A stretch of 64,000 bases of DNA from Candidatus Scatocola faecigallinarum (GCA_018713605.1 DVOM01000027.1:7255-71254); one strand, 5' to 3'; shown: positions 26,074 to 35,626, counted from the first letter of the stretch. Notes: a model not told the origin generated them from the sequence alone. A program made the numbers and translations.

Positions 26074-27045
26074 ATGGACAACAAAATGAAACTCATCGAA
26101 AAAATCTTTTCCGTAAAGAACAGAAAAAACCACAAAATCGTACATCTTCTGTTTTTCCGCATGAAATTCCGCCAGCAGGTTTCCAATCAGGAACTGCTGA
26201 ACAAAATCAACGCCATTCTGTGCAACGAAGAAAAAATCATCGGCAAGCTTGTCGAAACGTCCAAACCCAAAAAGGGAAAAGCCTTTTTGCCTTTTCTGTC
26301 GCTTCATCTGGTAGACAAATGTAACAACAACTGCGAAAGCTGCTCACACTTCTGCACTTTGGCCGACAACTTTATCCTCAATCCGTCCGACTATGAAAAG
26401 GATTTGACCATCCTGGCACACAAGTTCAACGTCGGCGAAATAGACCTGATGGGAGGCGAACCCCTTCTTCACCCGCAAATTGTCAAAATTTTCGACATTA
26501 CTCGCCGAATTCTGCCCCAAACTTTCATCTGCCTGCATACAAACGGCATTCTCCTGACCAAAATGCCCGACGAATTCTGGGAAGCCTGCCAAAAAAACAA
26601 AATTGCCTTCAAAATTACCAAATATCCTGTCATGAAAAACTTTTCCGAAGTTGTCGATTTATGTCTCCGCAACGAAATCAGAATTGAAACGCTGATTAAC
26701 GGCAACGAATTTCTGCATTGGATGGATCGCAGCGGCAACGGACAGATTGAAGAAAATTTTCACGCTTGCAAGTCCAAATTCGGCTGTTGCTACATTCTCA
26801 GGAACTCAAAACTCTATACCTGTCCGACAGCCTGTTATATGGATTACTACAACCGCTATTTCAACACGGAACTCCCGGTCGAAACCGGCATCGACATTAT
26901 TTATTCCTCTCCCGAAGAAATTTTGAATTATCTGAAAACACCGCTTTCCTGCTGTCGCTACTGCCGAAACGTAAACAAGCTGAAACGAAGACCATGGAAA
27001 CGTTCGCAAAGAAAAATTGACGAATGGGAGGATGCGGAAGCATAA
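26074..27045 (+). CDS. Radical SAM enzyme with C-terminal Cys-rich (SPASM/twitch-like) region
   Basis: 323 aa. CNNNCESC (Cx3Cx2C), a GGEPLLHP SAM-binding motif, and C-terminal CKSKFGCC...CPTAC...CCRYC. Confidence 0.75.
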   Translation: MDNKMKLIEKIFSVKNRKNHKIVHLLFFRMKFRQQVSNQELLNKINAILCNEEKIIGKLVETSKPKKGKAFLPFLSLHLVDKCNNNCESCSHFCTLADNFILNPSDYEKDLTILAHKFNVGEIDLMGGEPLLHPQIVKIFDITRRILPQTFICLHTNGILLTKMPDEFWEACQKNKIAFKITKYPVMKNFSEVVDLCLRNEIRIETLINGNEFLHWMDRSGNGQIEENFHACKSKFGCCYILRNSKLYTCPTACYMDYYNRYFNTELPVETGIDIIYSSPEEILNYLKTPLSCCRYCRNVNKLKRRPWKRSQRKIDEWEDAEA

Positions 27046-27812
27046 TGACCACCGGCCTCATTTTCGACATTAAGGAATTTGCCATCAACGACGGACCGGG
27101 CATAAGGCTGACCGTCTTCATGAAAGGCTGCCCGCTGCGTTGCGCCTGGTGTCACAATCCGGAAGGCATTTCGCCGCAGCCGCAGCTCAACCGGAAAACC
27201 GGCTGCATGGTCGGAAAGGAATACACGGTCGAAGAACTGGCCCGCCGCATATGCAAATTCAGGGACGTTTTTGACCTTTCCGGCGGCGGTGTAACCTTTT
27301 CCGGCGGCGAACCGACCCGCCAGCCTGAATTTGTCGAAGCCTGCGCCCTGCGTTTGAACGGTATTCACAAAACACTGGACACCTCCGGTTTTTGCCCATC
27401 TGCAACTTTTCGCCGGCTGCTCGGCGTCTTCGATTTGGTTTATTACGACCTCAAACTGGCCGACACCGCCGCACATCAGCGCTTTACCGGCCGGAGCAAC
27501 CTTCAGATTCTGGAAAATCTGCATATTCTGGACGAAAGCGGAGTTCCTTACCATATCAGAATCCCTCTGATTCCCGAGATTACCGATACCGAAAAAAATC
27601 TGTCCGGACTTTTAGATATCCTTGCCAGCCTCCGCAACAAACCGCTGCGCGTCGACCCGCTGCCCTACAACATCCTTGCCGGCGGCAAATACGATTCGTA
27701 CGGGATGGCTTATCCGCTTCAAAACGCATCAGCCGAAAACAATCAGGACAACATTGTCCGTTTTAAAGCCGAACTGCGCAAACGAAATATAAACATTATG
27801 GGAGAACAATAA
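27045..27812 (+). CDS. Glycyl-radical enzyme activating protein (short, PflA-like, no ferredoxin insert)
   Basis: Start at MTTGLIFDIKEFAINDGPGIRLTVFMKGCPLRCAWCHNPE. GGVTFSGGEP motif. The ATG overlaps the preceding stop (TAATG). Confidence 0.85.
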   Translation: MTTGLIFDIKEFAINDGPGIRLTVFMKGCPLRCAWCHNPEGISPQPQLNRKTGCMVGKEYTVEELARRICKFRDVFDLSGGGVTFSGGEPTRQPEFVEACALRLNGIHKTLDTSGFCPSATFRRLLGVFDLVYYDLKLADTAAHQRFTGRSNLQILENLHILDESGVPYHIRIPLIPEITDTEKNLSGLLDILASLRNKPLRVDPLPYNILAGGKYDSYGMAYPLQNASAENNQDNIVRFKAELRKRNINIMGEQ

Positions 27813-27813
27813 G

Positions 27814-29901
27814 ATGCTTACCGAACGCCTGCAGAAAATGCGCGACTTTACCCAACAGAGGAAATACAAACAGTTCCGAACCGATTTTAACGAAAACGGC
27901 ACCAAACTGCTGCGCAAACTGAACTGGGACTTTACCCAGCGCAGCGCCTGGCTGCTTAAGGAAATGTGCCGGGCTGAAGACCCAATCGTTTTTCCCGGCG
28001 AAAAAATCGGTTTCATCCGTACCAAAAACAGGCTTCCCGTTTATTGTGACCCCAAGGCCGTGCGCAAATATGTCGGCAAAAACAAACATCTTTTCGCCGA
28101 ACCGTTTCACAACATCTGCCCCGACTACGCCATTCTTCTCAACGAAGGGCTGGAAGAAAAGCGTCGGCAGGCCGAAACCCGCCTGTCCGGAGCCGGAAAA
28201 AGGGAAAAAATATTTTTAAACGGCGTCATCACGACCATCGACGCGGTTCTCAACCTTGCGCAAAGATACAAAGTCGCCGCCGAAGCGGCCGGCAATCGGA
28301 CCGTCGCCGCGCTTTTCGACCGCGTACCTCGCTTCCCGGCCGCAGATTTCCACGAAGCGCTGCAGTCTGTCCGCTTCATTTCCTCAATTTTCAACATGGC
28401 CGACAACTACCAGTTCGGATTCGGCCGAATGGACCAATACCTCTATCCTTTTTATGAAAAAGACCTGAAAACCGGCCGGCTGACTCGCGAAACCGCCGCG
28501 GAACTCCTTGCCGAATTTTTCATTTCTCTGAACAAGGACACCGATTTGTACCGCGGCGTTCAGCAGGGCGACAACGGCCAGAGCCTGATGCTCGGCGGCT
28601 GCAAACCCGAAGACGGCAGCTCCGCCGTTAACGATTTGACCTACCTGATTATGGAAGTGTCCAAAGAACTGAAACTCATCGACCCGAAAATTAATCTGCG
28701 CATCGACAGCCATACGCCTGACGACCTGCTCGAACTCGGCTGTGAACTGACCAAATGCGGCCTTGGTTTTCCGCAGTATTCCAACGATGAGGTCGTCATT
28801 CCGGCGCTGGTCAAAAAAGGTTACGCCCTCAAAGACGCCCGCAACTATACCGTTGCCGCCTGCTGGGAATTTATCATTCCCGGCAAAGGTATCGAAATTG
28901 TTAATCAGGGCGCCGTTTCAATGCCTTACGCCGTCGATGACGCTTTTGAAAAGGCCATGGCCGCCCGCGGTTCGTTCCGCCCGAAAAAATTCCTCTCGTT
29001 AATTCAAAAAAGCATGGAAAAACAAATCAAAAACATCTTGCGTAAACGCGACATCCGCACTTTGCCCTCGCCTTTCGCTTCAATTTTCTTTCACGGCAGC
29101 ATTGAAAACCGGCGCGACGCTTCGGAATGTGTTCCGTACCGCAACATCGGCATTCACGGTGCCGGCTCCGCCAATGCCGCCGACGCCTTAGCCGCAATCC
29201 GCCTGACTTATGAGGAAGAAGGAACAAACGGCCTGAAAAAACTGCAGGAAGCCAAACGCAGAAATTTTGAAGGCTGTGAAGAACTTCGGCACAGACTGCA
29301 TGACGAGATGCCCAAAGTCGGCAACGCGGACGCCGCGGTTGACAGCGAGCTTCGCTTCCTGTTCGACTGCTTTGCCGACGCGGCCGACAAATTTTCCGAC
29401 GACAAACGAAAAATCCGCCCCGGCAGCGGCTCTGCCATGTATTACATCTGGCTGGTCAACAACAATTCTCCCTGGGCTTTCGAGCCAAAAGTCAAAGCCA
29501 CGGCCGACGGACGCCTTAACGGCGAAGCCTTTTCCACCAGCCTGGCACCGTCTCAGGGTATAAAGGTCGACGGCGTTCTCAGCGTGCTCAAGTCCTATTC
29601 CGTCATTGACTATTCGCGGATTATGAACGGCGGCCCGATAACCATTGAACTTTCGCCGTCCGTTTTCAAATCGGACGACGGCATCAAAAAACTGGCCGGC
29701 CTGATAAAATATTTCGTCAAACTCGGCGACCAGCAGCTGCAATTGAATGTCCTTGACGCTTCGGTGCTTGAAGACGCCATCGCCCACCCTGAAAAACACC
29801 GCAACCTGATTGTCCGCGTCTGGGGCTGGAGCGGCTATTTTACCGAACTTGCGCCGGAATATCAGCAGCATGTCCTGAATCGCCACAAATATAACATTTG
29901 A
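27814..29901 (+). CDS. Glycyl radical enzyme (PFL2/eliminase-like), compact 695-aa form
   Basis: C-terminal glycine loop LIVRVWGWSGYF. Cys loop TVAACWEFIIPG (Cys-x-Glu). PFL-like barrel-length protein. Confidence 0.8.
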   Translation: MLTERLQKMRDFTQQRKYKQFRTDFNENGTKLLRKLNWDFTQRSAWLLKEMCRAEDPIVFPGEKIGFIRTKNRLPVYCDPKAVRKYVGKNKHLFAEPFHNICPDYAILLNEGLEEKRRQAETRLSGAGKREKIFLNGVITTIDAVLNLAQRYKVAAEAAGNRTVAALFDRVPRFPAADFHEALQSVRFISSIFNMADNYQFGFGRMDQYLYPFYEKDLKTGRLTRETAAELLAEFFISLNKDTDLYRGVQQGDNGQSLMLGGCKPEDGSSAVNDLTYLIMEVSKELKLIDPKINLRIDSHTPDDLLELGCELTKCGLGFPQYSNDEVVIPALVKKGYALKDARNYTVAACWEFIIPGKGIEIVNQGAVSMPYAVDDAFEKAMAARGSFRPKKFLSLIQKSMEKQIKNILRKRDIRTLPSPFASIFFHGSIENRRDASECVPYRNIGIHGAGSANAADALAAIRLTYEEEGTNGLKKLQEAKRRNFEGCEELRHRLHDEMPKVGNADAAVDSELRFLFDCFADAADKFSDDKRKIRPGSGSAMYYIWLVNNNSPWAFEPKVKATADGRLNGEAFSTSLAPSQGIKVDGVLSVLKSYSVIDYSRIMNGGPITIELSPSVFKSDDGIKKLAGLIKYFVKLGDQQLQLNVLDASVLEDAIAHPEKHRNLIVRVWGWSGYFTELAPEYQQHVLNRHKYNI

Positions 29902-29964
29902 CCGGGAGAACCTAAATTTATCATTGACATTGAATCCTCCGTAAGCTATAAAAACTGAGTTAAG

Positions 29965-30040
29965 GCCGACTTAGCTCAGTTGGTAGAGCTACTGATTTGT
30001 AATCAGTGGGTCGGGGGTTCAAGTCCCTCAGTCGGCACCA
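29965..30040 (+). tRNA. tRNA-Thr (anticodon UGU)
   Basis: 76 nt cloverleaf folded by hand. Acceptor GCCGACT/AGTCGGC, anticodon arm ACTGA-TTTGTAA-TCAGT, T arm GGGGG-TTCAAGT-CCCTC, encoded CCA. Confidence 0.9.
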
Positions 30041-30445
30041 TAAAAAAATCTCCTTATACGGAGGTTTTTTTTTATGGTATAAATTTTTGGGACTTGAACC
30101 CAGGCGGGCGCGAACCGATAGAAAACACCGCTGCTCCGGTGTTTTCGTTGTGAGCGGTGATGGTTTGTCGCCGAGCAAACAAGCCTATGCGAAGTGCGCG
30201 AGGCATACAAACCGAACTCCCCAAGTCCCTCAGTCGGCACCATAAAAAAACCTCCTTATACGGAGGTTTTTTTTATGGTATAAATTTTTGGGACTTGAAC
30301 CTAGGCGGGCGCGAACCGATAGAAAACACCGCTGCTCCGATGTTTTCGTTGCGAGCGGTGATGGTTTGTCGCCGAGCAAACAAGCCTATGCGAAGTGCGC
30401 AAGGCATACAAACCGAACTCCCCAAGTCCCTCAAATCGGCTCTTC
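30021..30445 (+). repeat. Tandem 202/201-bp direct repeats, each starting with the last 20 nt of tRNA-Thr (2 full units plus a degenerate third start)
   Basis: AAGTCCCTCAGTCGGCACCA at 30021 and 30223. A degenerate copy AAGTCCCTCAAATCGGC is at 30424. By manual alignment the units differ at about six positions. Confidence 0.9.
30042..30073 (+). terminator. Intrinsic terminator after tRNA-Thr (repeated at about 30244-30274)
   Basis: AAATCTCC-TTATAC-GGAGGTTT followed by a T-run. The second copy has a CCTCC/GGAGG stem. Confidence 0.65.
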
Positions 30446-30567
30446 AAAAAAAGTTCTGCCGATTTAATCAATCCCGCAAAATATTTTCCCGATTTAAATT
30501 GATATTTAAACATTTTTATACCATATTGAAAACTGATATATAAAAAAGTTGTAAATGAGAGGTTTTG

Positions 30568-31527
30568 ATGGCATTTAAAACAAAGCGGCTGCTGAAAAAA
30601 ATCGTATCCTGGTCCGGCTTATTCTTCTTTGTCGTGGCGGCTTACATGATTTACCACCAGCTTTCCAAATATAAGCTTGAAGACATTAAGGACGCGCTTG
30701 TCAGCATTCCGGCACACAATTTGTTTTTAGCCTGCATGGCCTCGCTCGGCGGTTATGTCGCCTTGTCCTCTTATGACTTTCTGGCTCTGAAATACATCGG
30801 CCGCAAACTGGCGCCCTGGAAATGGATTTTTGCCGGATTTATCGGCTTTTCCATCAGCAACAACGCCGGCCATGCCATCGTTTCCGGCGGCGCAATCCGT
30901 TACCGGCTCTACACGCGCTGGCGTTTCCACGCTTCCGAAATCGTCCGCATGGTCACTTTTTCCGGTTTTACCTATCTGGTCGCCTGTTTCTTTCTGATTA
31001 TTCTCGGCTATTTTCTGACGCCGGATCACGCTTTCGGCGAAGGTTCGGTTTCGCACCTGACCACTCTGACCGTAACGGTCATCTCCGCACTCGGCCTGCT
31101 GATTTATTTCGGCGCGTCGCTGTTTTACAAAAAGCCCATAATCATCAAAGACGTCGAATTTGACATTCCCTCTTTCAAAATGGCGCTGGCGCAGGTTTTC
31201 ATCGGCGGTGCCGACATTCTGCTCGCCTCTCTGGTCCTGTACTACTCGCTCACGCCTTTCATGGACATTCCGTTTGACGTCTTTATCGGCGTTTTCATCA
31301 TCGCGCAGGTTCTCGGCGTGTTCAGTCAGGTTCCGGGCGGTCTGGGCGTTTTCGAAGGTCTGTTCCTGTACATTATTCCGGGCGACCATAACCAGGCGCT
31401 GATTTTCGGTGCCCTGATTGCCTACCGCATTATCTACTACCTTTTCCCGCTGATTATCTCCGGCATTGTCCTGTTTACCTACGAATGGTACACAAACTAC
31501 TCCCGAAACCGGCGTTTGAGCAAATAA
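30568..31527 (+). CDS. Lysylphosphatidylglycerol-synthase-TM-region-like (UPF0104, flippase-like) membrane protein
   Basis: About 319 aa with 8 predicted TM helices. N-terminal KKIVSWSGLFFFVVAAYMIY...L pattern typical of the family. Confidence 0.6.
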   Translation: MAFKTKRLLKKIVSWSGLFFFVVAAYMIYHQLSKYKLEDIKDALVSIPAHNLFLACMASLGGYVALSSYDFLALKYIGRKLAPWKWIFAGFIGFSISNNAGHAIVSGGAIRYRLYTRWRFHASEIVRMVTFSGFTYLVACFFLIILGYFLTPDHAFGEGSVSHLTTLTVTVISALGLLIYFGASLFYKKPIIIKDVEFDIPSFKMALAQVFIGGADILLASLVLYYSLTPFMDIPFDVFIGVFIIAQVLGVFSQVPGGLGVFEGLFLYIIPGDHNQALIFGALIAYRIIYYLFPLIISGIVLFTYEWYTNYSRNRRLSK

Positions 31528-31556
31528 GCGAAGCCCCTCTTCCGAGGGGCTTTTTC

Positions 31557-32903
31557 TCATTTTGCAATCCGAACGCTGAAACCGTCGGGTGTATTGGCAA
31601 ATTCCAGACGGCAGCCGTAATGCCCCGCAATCCGTTTGACAATCGACAGCCCCAATCCGCTGCCGGAAACTTTCTGACCGGCCGGACGGAAGAAACGCTC
31701 GCTCAGATGCCCGATTGTTTCATCGTCAACCGACACGCCGGAATTAACCACCGTCAGAGCGTCCGCCGCAACCGCAATTTTTACTGAGGCGCCTTCCGGA
31801 CTGTATTTCAGGGCGTTGTCCAGCAGATTTCGCATCAACAGCGTCCATAACAGCGGATTGCCGCGCTCAACCGGCCCTGTTTTGCCGATTTCAACGGAAA
31901 CGTTGATTTTTTTTGCCGCAATCGCCGCCGCATAATCAACCTGCAAATCATCGGCAATCTGCTGCCAGTTGATGTTTTCGCAATGCTCGTCATATATGCC
32001 GAAAGCCGTATCCACCTTGGACAATACCAGCAACTGCTCGACCAGACGCGATGAACGCTCAATGCCTTTCTGCAGCTTATCCAAAGCCTCGGCACGCATT
32101 TTTTCGTCATTGCCGGCCATTTCCGCCACTTCCAGCTGCACCTGCAAAGCCGTCAGCGGCGTCCGCAGTTCATGCGCGGCATCGGCAACGAAACGACGTT
32201 CGCCGGCCAGCATGCCTTCAATCCGTGCCATCTGTATGTTCATTGCCTTAACCAAAGGCAGAATTTCTGCCGGAATGCCTTTCTCTTCCAAAGGCGACAG
32301 ATCCCCGCTGCCACGGCTTTTCAGACTGTCGGCCAGATTGCCCAGCGGCCGAAATTCCCGGGTCAGTACAGCCACAATCATAACCATCAGCACAAACAGC
32401 CCCGCCGCCCACGGAATCATAAATTCTTCGGTCATGTCCCAGACCACGTCGGCCCGGTATTCCTCCTCCTGACCGACCGCAATATAAAATTTGCCGTCCG
32501 CGGACTGCAGCCAGACAATCCGCCATTCGTCGTCACCGTCGACAATCTGCCGGATAAAGCTTCCCGTTGCCGGCAAAAAGCCAAAATCTTTGCCATTCTC
32601 GTTATCATGAAAAACCAAACGGCCGTCCCGGTCAAAAACCGCAAAGCCGATGGCCTCGTCCTCATCGTCGGCATTATGAACATTCTCAATCATCTGGTCG
32701 GTAATTTTCTGTGCCCCGGCCGCCAGTCCGCTCCAGTCCGCCCCGGCCAGCTGTCTGGCCAGCGCCATCTGGTAGGTGTCGAAAAACTCGTCGACCTTTT
32801 CTTTGGTTTCTTTCCACGACAAAACGCCCGCAGCCAGCCAAACGACGCAGGAAATCCCTATAAAACAGACGATCAGCCTTAATCTCAAACTGAGCTTATT
32901 CAT
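31557..32903 (-). CDS. Two-component sensor histidine kinase (QseC/PmrB-like)
   Basis: 448 aa. Two TM segments flank a periplasmic domain. H-box [12 protein letters not shown]-box [11 protein letters not shown]-box GSGLGLSIV. Confidence 0.85.
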   Translation of the reverse strand: MNKLSLRLRLIVCFIGISCVVWLAAGVLSWKETKEKVDEFFDTYQMALARQLAGADWSGLAAGAQKITDQMIENVHNADDEDEAIGFAVFDRDGRLVFHDNENGKDFGFLPATGSFIRQIVDGDDEWRIVWLQSADGKFYIAVGQEEEYRADVVWDMTEEFMIPWAAGLFVLMVMIVAVLTREFRPLGNLADSLKSRGSGDLSPLEEKGIPAEILPLVKAMNIQMARIEGMLAGERRFVADAAHELRTPLTALQVQLEVAEMAGNDEKMRAEALDKLQKGIERSSRLVEQLLVLSKVDTAFGIYDEHCENINWQQIADDLQVDYAAAIAAKKINVSVEIGKTGPVERGNPLLWTLLMRNLLDNALKYSPEGASVKIAVAADALTVVNSGVSVDDETIGHLSERFFRPAGQKVSGSGLGLSIVKRIAGHYGCRLEFANTPDGFSVRIAK

Positions 32904-33559
32904 TCGTCCCCCAATATATAGCCGATTTTATTCACGGTTTTTACAATGTCCCGGCCGAGCTTTTTGCGCAGATGATGAATGTGCACTTCCACCGCATTGC
33001 TCGAAACCTCTTCGTCCCAGGAATAAATTTTGTTCTCTATCGTTTCTTTCGACAACACGCGGTTTTTGTTCAAAAGCAGCAGTTCCAGCAGCGCCAGTTC
33101 CTTCGGCGCCAGAACCGTTTCCTTTCCGTCCAGGCGAACTTTGCGCGTCTGCGGATCAAATTCGATTTTTCCGTGCCGGATAACCGGAGCAGCCAGCCCG
33201 CCGCTGCGGCGGATAAGCGCATTCAGCCGCGCCTGCACCTCTTTCAGGGCAAAAGGCTTGCCCAGATAATCGTCGGCGCCGCTGTTCAAACCGGCAATCC
33301 TCTGGTCGACGTCGCCGCGTGCCGTCAAAATCAGCACCGGTTCTTTTCTGTTTTTATGCCGCCAGTCCTGCAAAATCGCCAGACCGTCCTTTTTCGGCAG
33401 GCCCAAATCGAGGATGACTGCGGCATACGGAGCCTGAAACAAGGCCTCTTCTCCCTCGGCGCCGTCCGTAAACCAGTCGACGCTGAATCCGAGCTTTTCC
33501 AATCCGACCTTTAATCCGTCCCCGATAAGGGCATCATCCTCGATAAGCAATATACGCAT
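32900..33559 (-). CDS. OmpR/PhoB-family response regulator (QseB-like)
   Basis: 219 aa. Receiver (LLIEDD...VILDLGLP...K) plus a winged-helix output domain. 4-nt overlap with the kinase gene. Confidence 0.9.
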   Translation of the reverse strand: MRILLIEDDALIGDGLKVGLEKLGFSVDWFTDGAEGEEALFQAPYAAVILDLGLPKKDGLAILQDWRHKNRKEPVLILTARGDVDQRIAGLNSGADDYLGKPFALKEVQARLNALIRRSGGLAAPVIRHGKIEFDPQTRKVRLDGKETVLAPKELALLELLLLNKNRVLSKETIENKIYSWDEEVSSNAVEVHIHHLRKKLGRDIVKTVNKIGYILGDE

Positions 33560-33574
33560 TTGGGCTCCCTGTTC

Positions 33575-33937
33575 CTATTTCTTCAGCGCAATGCTGTCAA
33601 CGTCAATCTTGGTATCCTTAAACATTTCCTTGTCAATCTCGCCGTTCAGAATAACCGTGTCCTGCGGCGTAACGTTCAGGCCTCTCCAGTCTTCGTTGTC
33701 AATTTCGACCGTAACCGTACCGGAAGCGTCCTTGAACAGATATTTTTCATCGCCGAGGCTTCTTTCAATCTGTCCGACCAGAACAACGGCGGTGTCGTCA
33801 TTAAGCTTCAGGGCATCGGCCACGCTCATCGGCGCCAGACCCGGCCCCTGAAAACCGCCGGAAACCATCTGAGCCGAAGCCGCGCCGCTCATTCCCAGAG
33901 CCAAAGCCAAAGCCGATACTGCAAAAATCTTTTTCAT
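33575..33937 (-). CDS. YgiW/YdeI-family periplasmic OB-fold (BOF) protein
   Basis: Start at MKKIFAVSALALALGMSGAASA with AAGGAGAAAAAA upstream. C-terminal VTVEIDNEDW...IDVDSI pattern. Adjacent to a qseBC-like pair. Confidence 0.7.
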   Translation of the reverse strand: MKKIFAVSALALALGMSGAASAQMVSGGFQGPGLAPMSVADALKLNDDTAVVLVGQIERSLGDEKYLFKDASGTVTVEIDNEDWRGLNVTPQDTVILNGEIDKEMFKDTKIDVDSIALKK

Positions 33938-34041
33938 GTTTTTTCTCCTTGAATAAAAAGTTAAGTTGTTCGTTATTACATGGTCAGTACAACAATCTGA
34001 ACTTAAGGAACGCTTAAGGATAAAATAATTTTTCAATTTTT

Positions 34042-35016
34042 TTAAAAACATGTCAGTTCAATACGCTCTCCGTCAACAAATCCGCGCCCTCCGACCGGAA
34101 AGGTAAAAATCGGCGCCGTATGTCCGAAATCCGCATTGGCGATAATCGGCAAGCCCTCCAGCTCTTTTTTGGACAGCAAAATCTCCTCCAGCTGCGCCCG
34201 ATTCATCTGATTCTGCGGTTCAAAACGTCCGATAACCAGCGCCCGTACCCTCTTAAAGTCGGGATGCAGACACAAAGACTGCAGATTTCGGTTGAAAACC
34301 CAGGCGTCATGTTCGGCGCAGTGCTCCGCAAACAAAATACAGTCCCGGATATCCGGAAAATACGGCGTGCCCTTAAGTTCGTCCAACAGCCCCAGATTGC
34401 CTCCGATTATCGTCCCTTCCGCCTTGCCGGGACGAATGGCCCAAATGCCGTCATTGCGGACAAAATGCCGTTCGTCCTGATTAAGATACCACGGATCGTC
34501 AGACCATTCCGGCGACGGACACAGCGCAAAAGCCTCTTTCTGAAAAAAGCATTTCTTAAAACAGTCCAACGTATAGTCAAGACCTTTCAACATACCGAAA
34601 CTCGAAAAATGCGGCCCGGAATAGGTAACCAGACCGGTTTTGGCATAAATGGCGCAGCTCAGCGCCGTAATATCCGAAAAGCCGCAGAAGATTTTCGGAT
34701 TCGCTTTGATCAGCCCATAATCAATCTGCGACAAAAGCTCCACGGCGTTAAAACCGCCGATGGCCGTCAGAACCGCGTCAACCGATTTGTCCGCAAACGC
34801 CTCATGCAAATCGTCAAGCCGCGCCCGTACCGGCGAAGATAAAAAACGGTCCGTCATTTCAACGTTTTTTCCAAAAGAAACCGTCAGCCCCATTTCGGCA
34901 AAACGTGCCCGAGCAATCCGGCGGCAATCTTCGGAAATAATCCCCAAACTCCGCGACGGTGCAATAACCCGCACACGAGAACCGGATTTCAGTTTTTCGG
35001 GAACAATAATCATCAT
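34042..35016 (-). CDS. LD-carboxypeptidase (peptidase S66, LdcA/MccF family)
   Basis: 324 aa with nucleophile motif CGFSDITAL and a conserved downstream His/Glu region. Confidence 0.8.
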   Translation of the reverse strand: MMIIVPEKLKSGSRVRVIAPSRSLGIISEDCRRIARARFAEMGLTVSFGKNVEMTDRFLSSPVRARLDDLHEAFADKSVDAVLTAIGGFNAVELLSQIDYGLIKANPKIFCGFSDITALSCAIYAKTGLVTYSGPHFSSFGMLKGLDYTLDCFKKCFFQKEAFALCPSPEWSDDPWYLNQDERHFVRNDGIWAIRPGKAEGTIIGGNLGLLDELKGTPYFPDIRDCILFAEHCAEHDAWVFNRNLQSLCLHPDFKRVRALVIGRFEPQNQMNRAQLEEILLSKKELEGLPIIANADFGHTAPIFTFPVGGRGFVDGERIELTCF

Positions 35017-35235
35017 CAGTCGGCCTTTTTAGTTAACCCTGCTGAAATAATAAAACATACGGAGCGATTTGCAATTTTAAAATTATTCTTCCCCGTCAAA
35101 CTTCGCCGGCCGAACGTCTTGCCGGAAAAGTCCCGGAACAAAACGCCCCACGCGCTCTGTTGCTGCCGCGGCCTTCGCCGTTTAACAAATGCTTTTCACC
35201 CAATAAAAAAACGCCCACAACGGGGCGTTTTTTTA

Positions 35236-35309
35236 TTGGCTGCTTCACCTGGATTCGAACCAAGATTAACGGAGTCAGAGTCCGCTGTCCTACCATTAGA
35301 CGATGAAGC
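35236..35309 (-). tRNA. tRNA-Gln (anticodon CUG)
   Basis: 74 nt on the minus strand. Acceptor TGCTTCA/TGAAGCA (U1-A72, G73 discriminator as in bacterial tRNA-Gln), anticodon loop CTCTGAC, T arm TTGGTTCGAATCCAG, encoded CCA. Confidence 0.85.
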
Positions 35310-35626
35310 AATCTGTCGAACAAGGGAATATTTATGCCATTTTAAATTACAAGTCAACAACTTTTTCAAAAAAACTGTTCCTCCCGAAACAATTTTTCGC
35401 TTACACTTCCGCCAATTCTCAATTACTTTGAATTCAGCCGTCCGGAAATCTCCGGCGGTCAGAACCGGAAAACGGTTCGGGGTTGTCACAGACCTCGACA
35501 ACAACGGATTGGATATAGTCCGTTAATGCTTATATCCCCGACTCTCGTCGGGGAGACTTTGGCGCATGTTCAGGAGGAAACTCTAAAGGCCAAAGTAGTC
35601 GCGTTGTTGAGGCTTGTGAACTCCCC

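Noticed and set aside
29960-30543. ORFs of 72, 79, 71, 128 and 70 aa over tRNA-Thr and the tandem repeats.
   Set aside because: They translate a tRNA gene and its tandemly duplicated 3' flank, producing near-identical peptides in each unit. They contain terminator hairpins, so they are unlikely to be coding.
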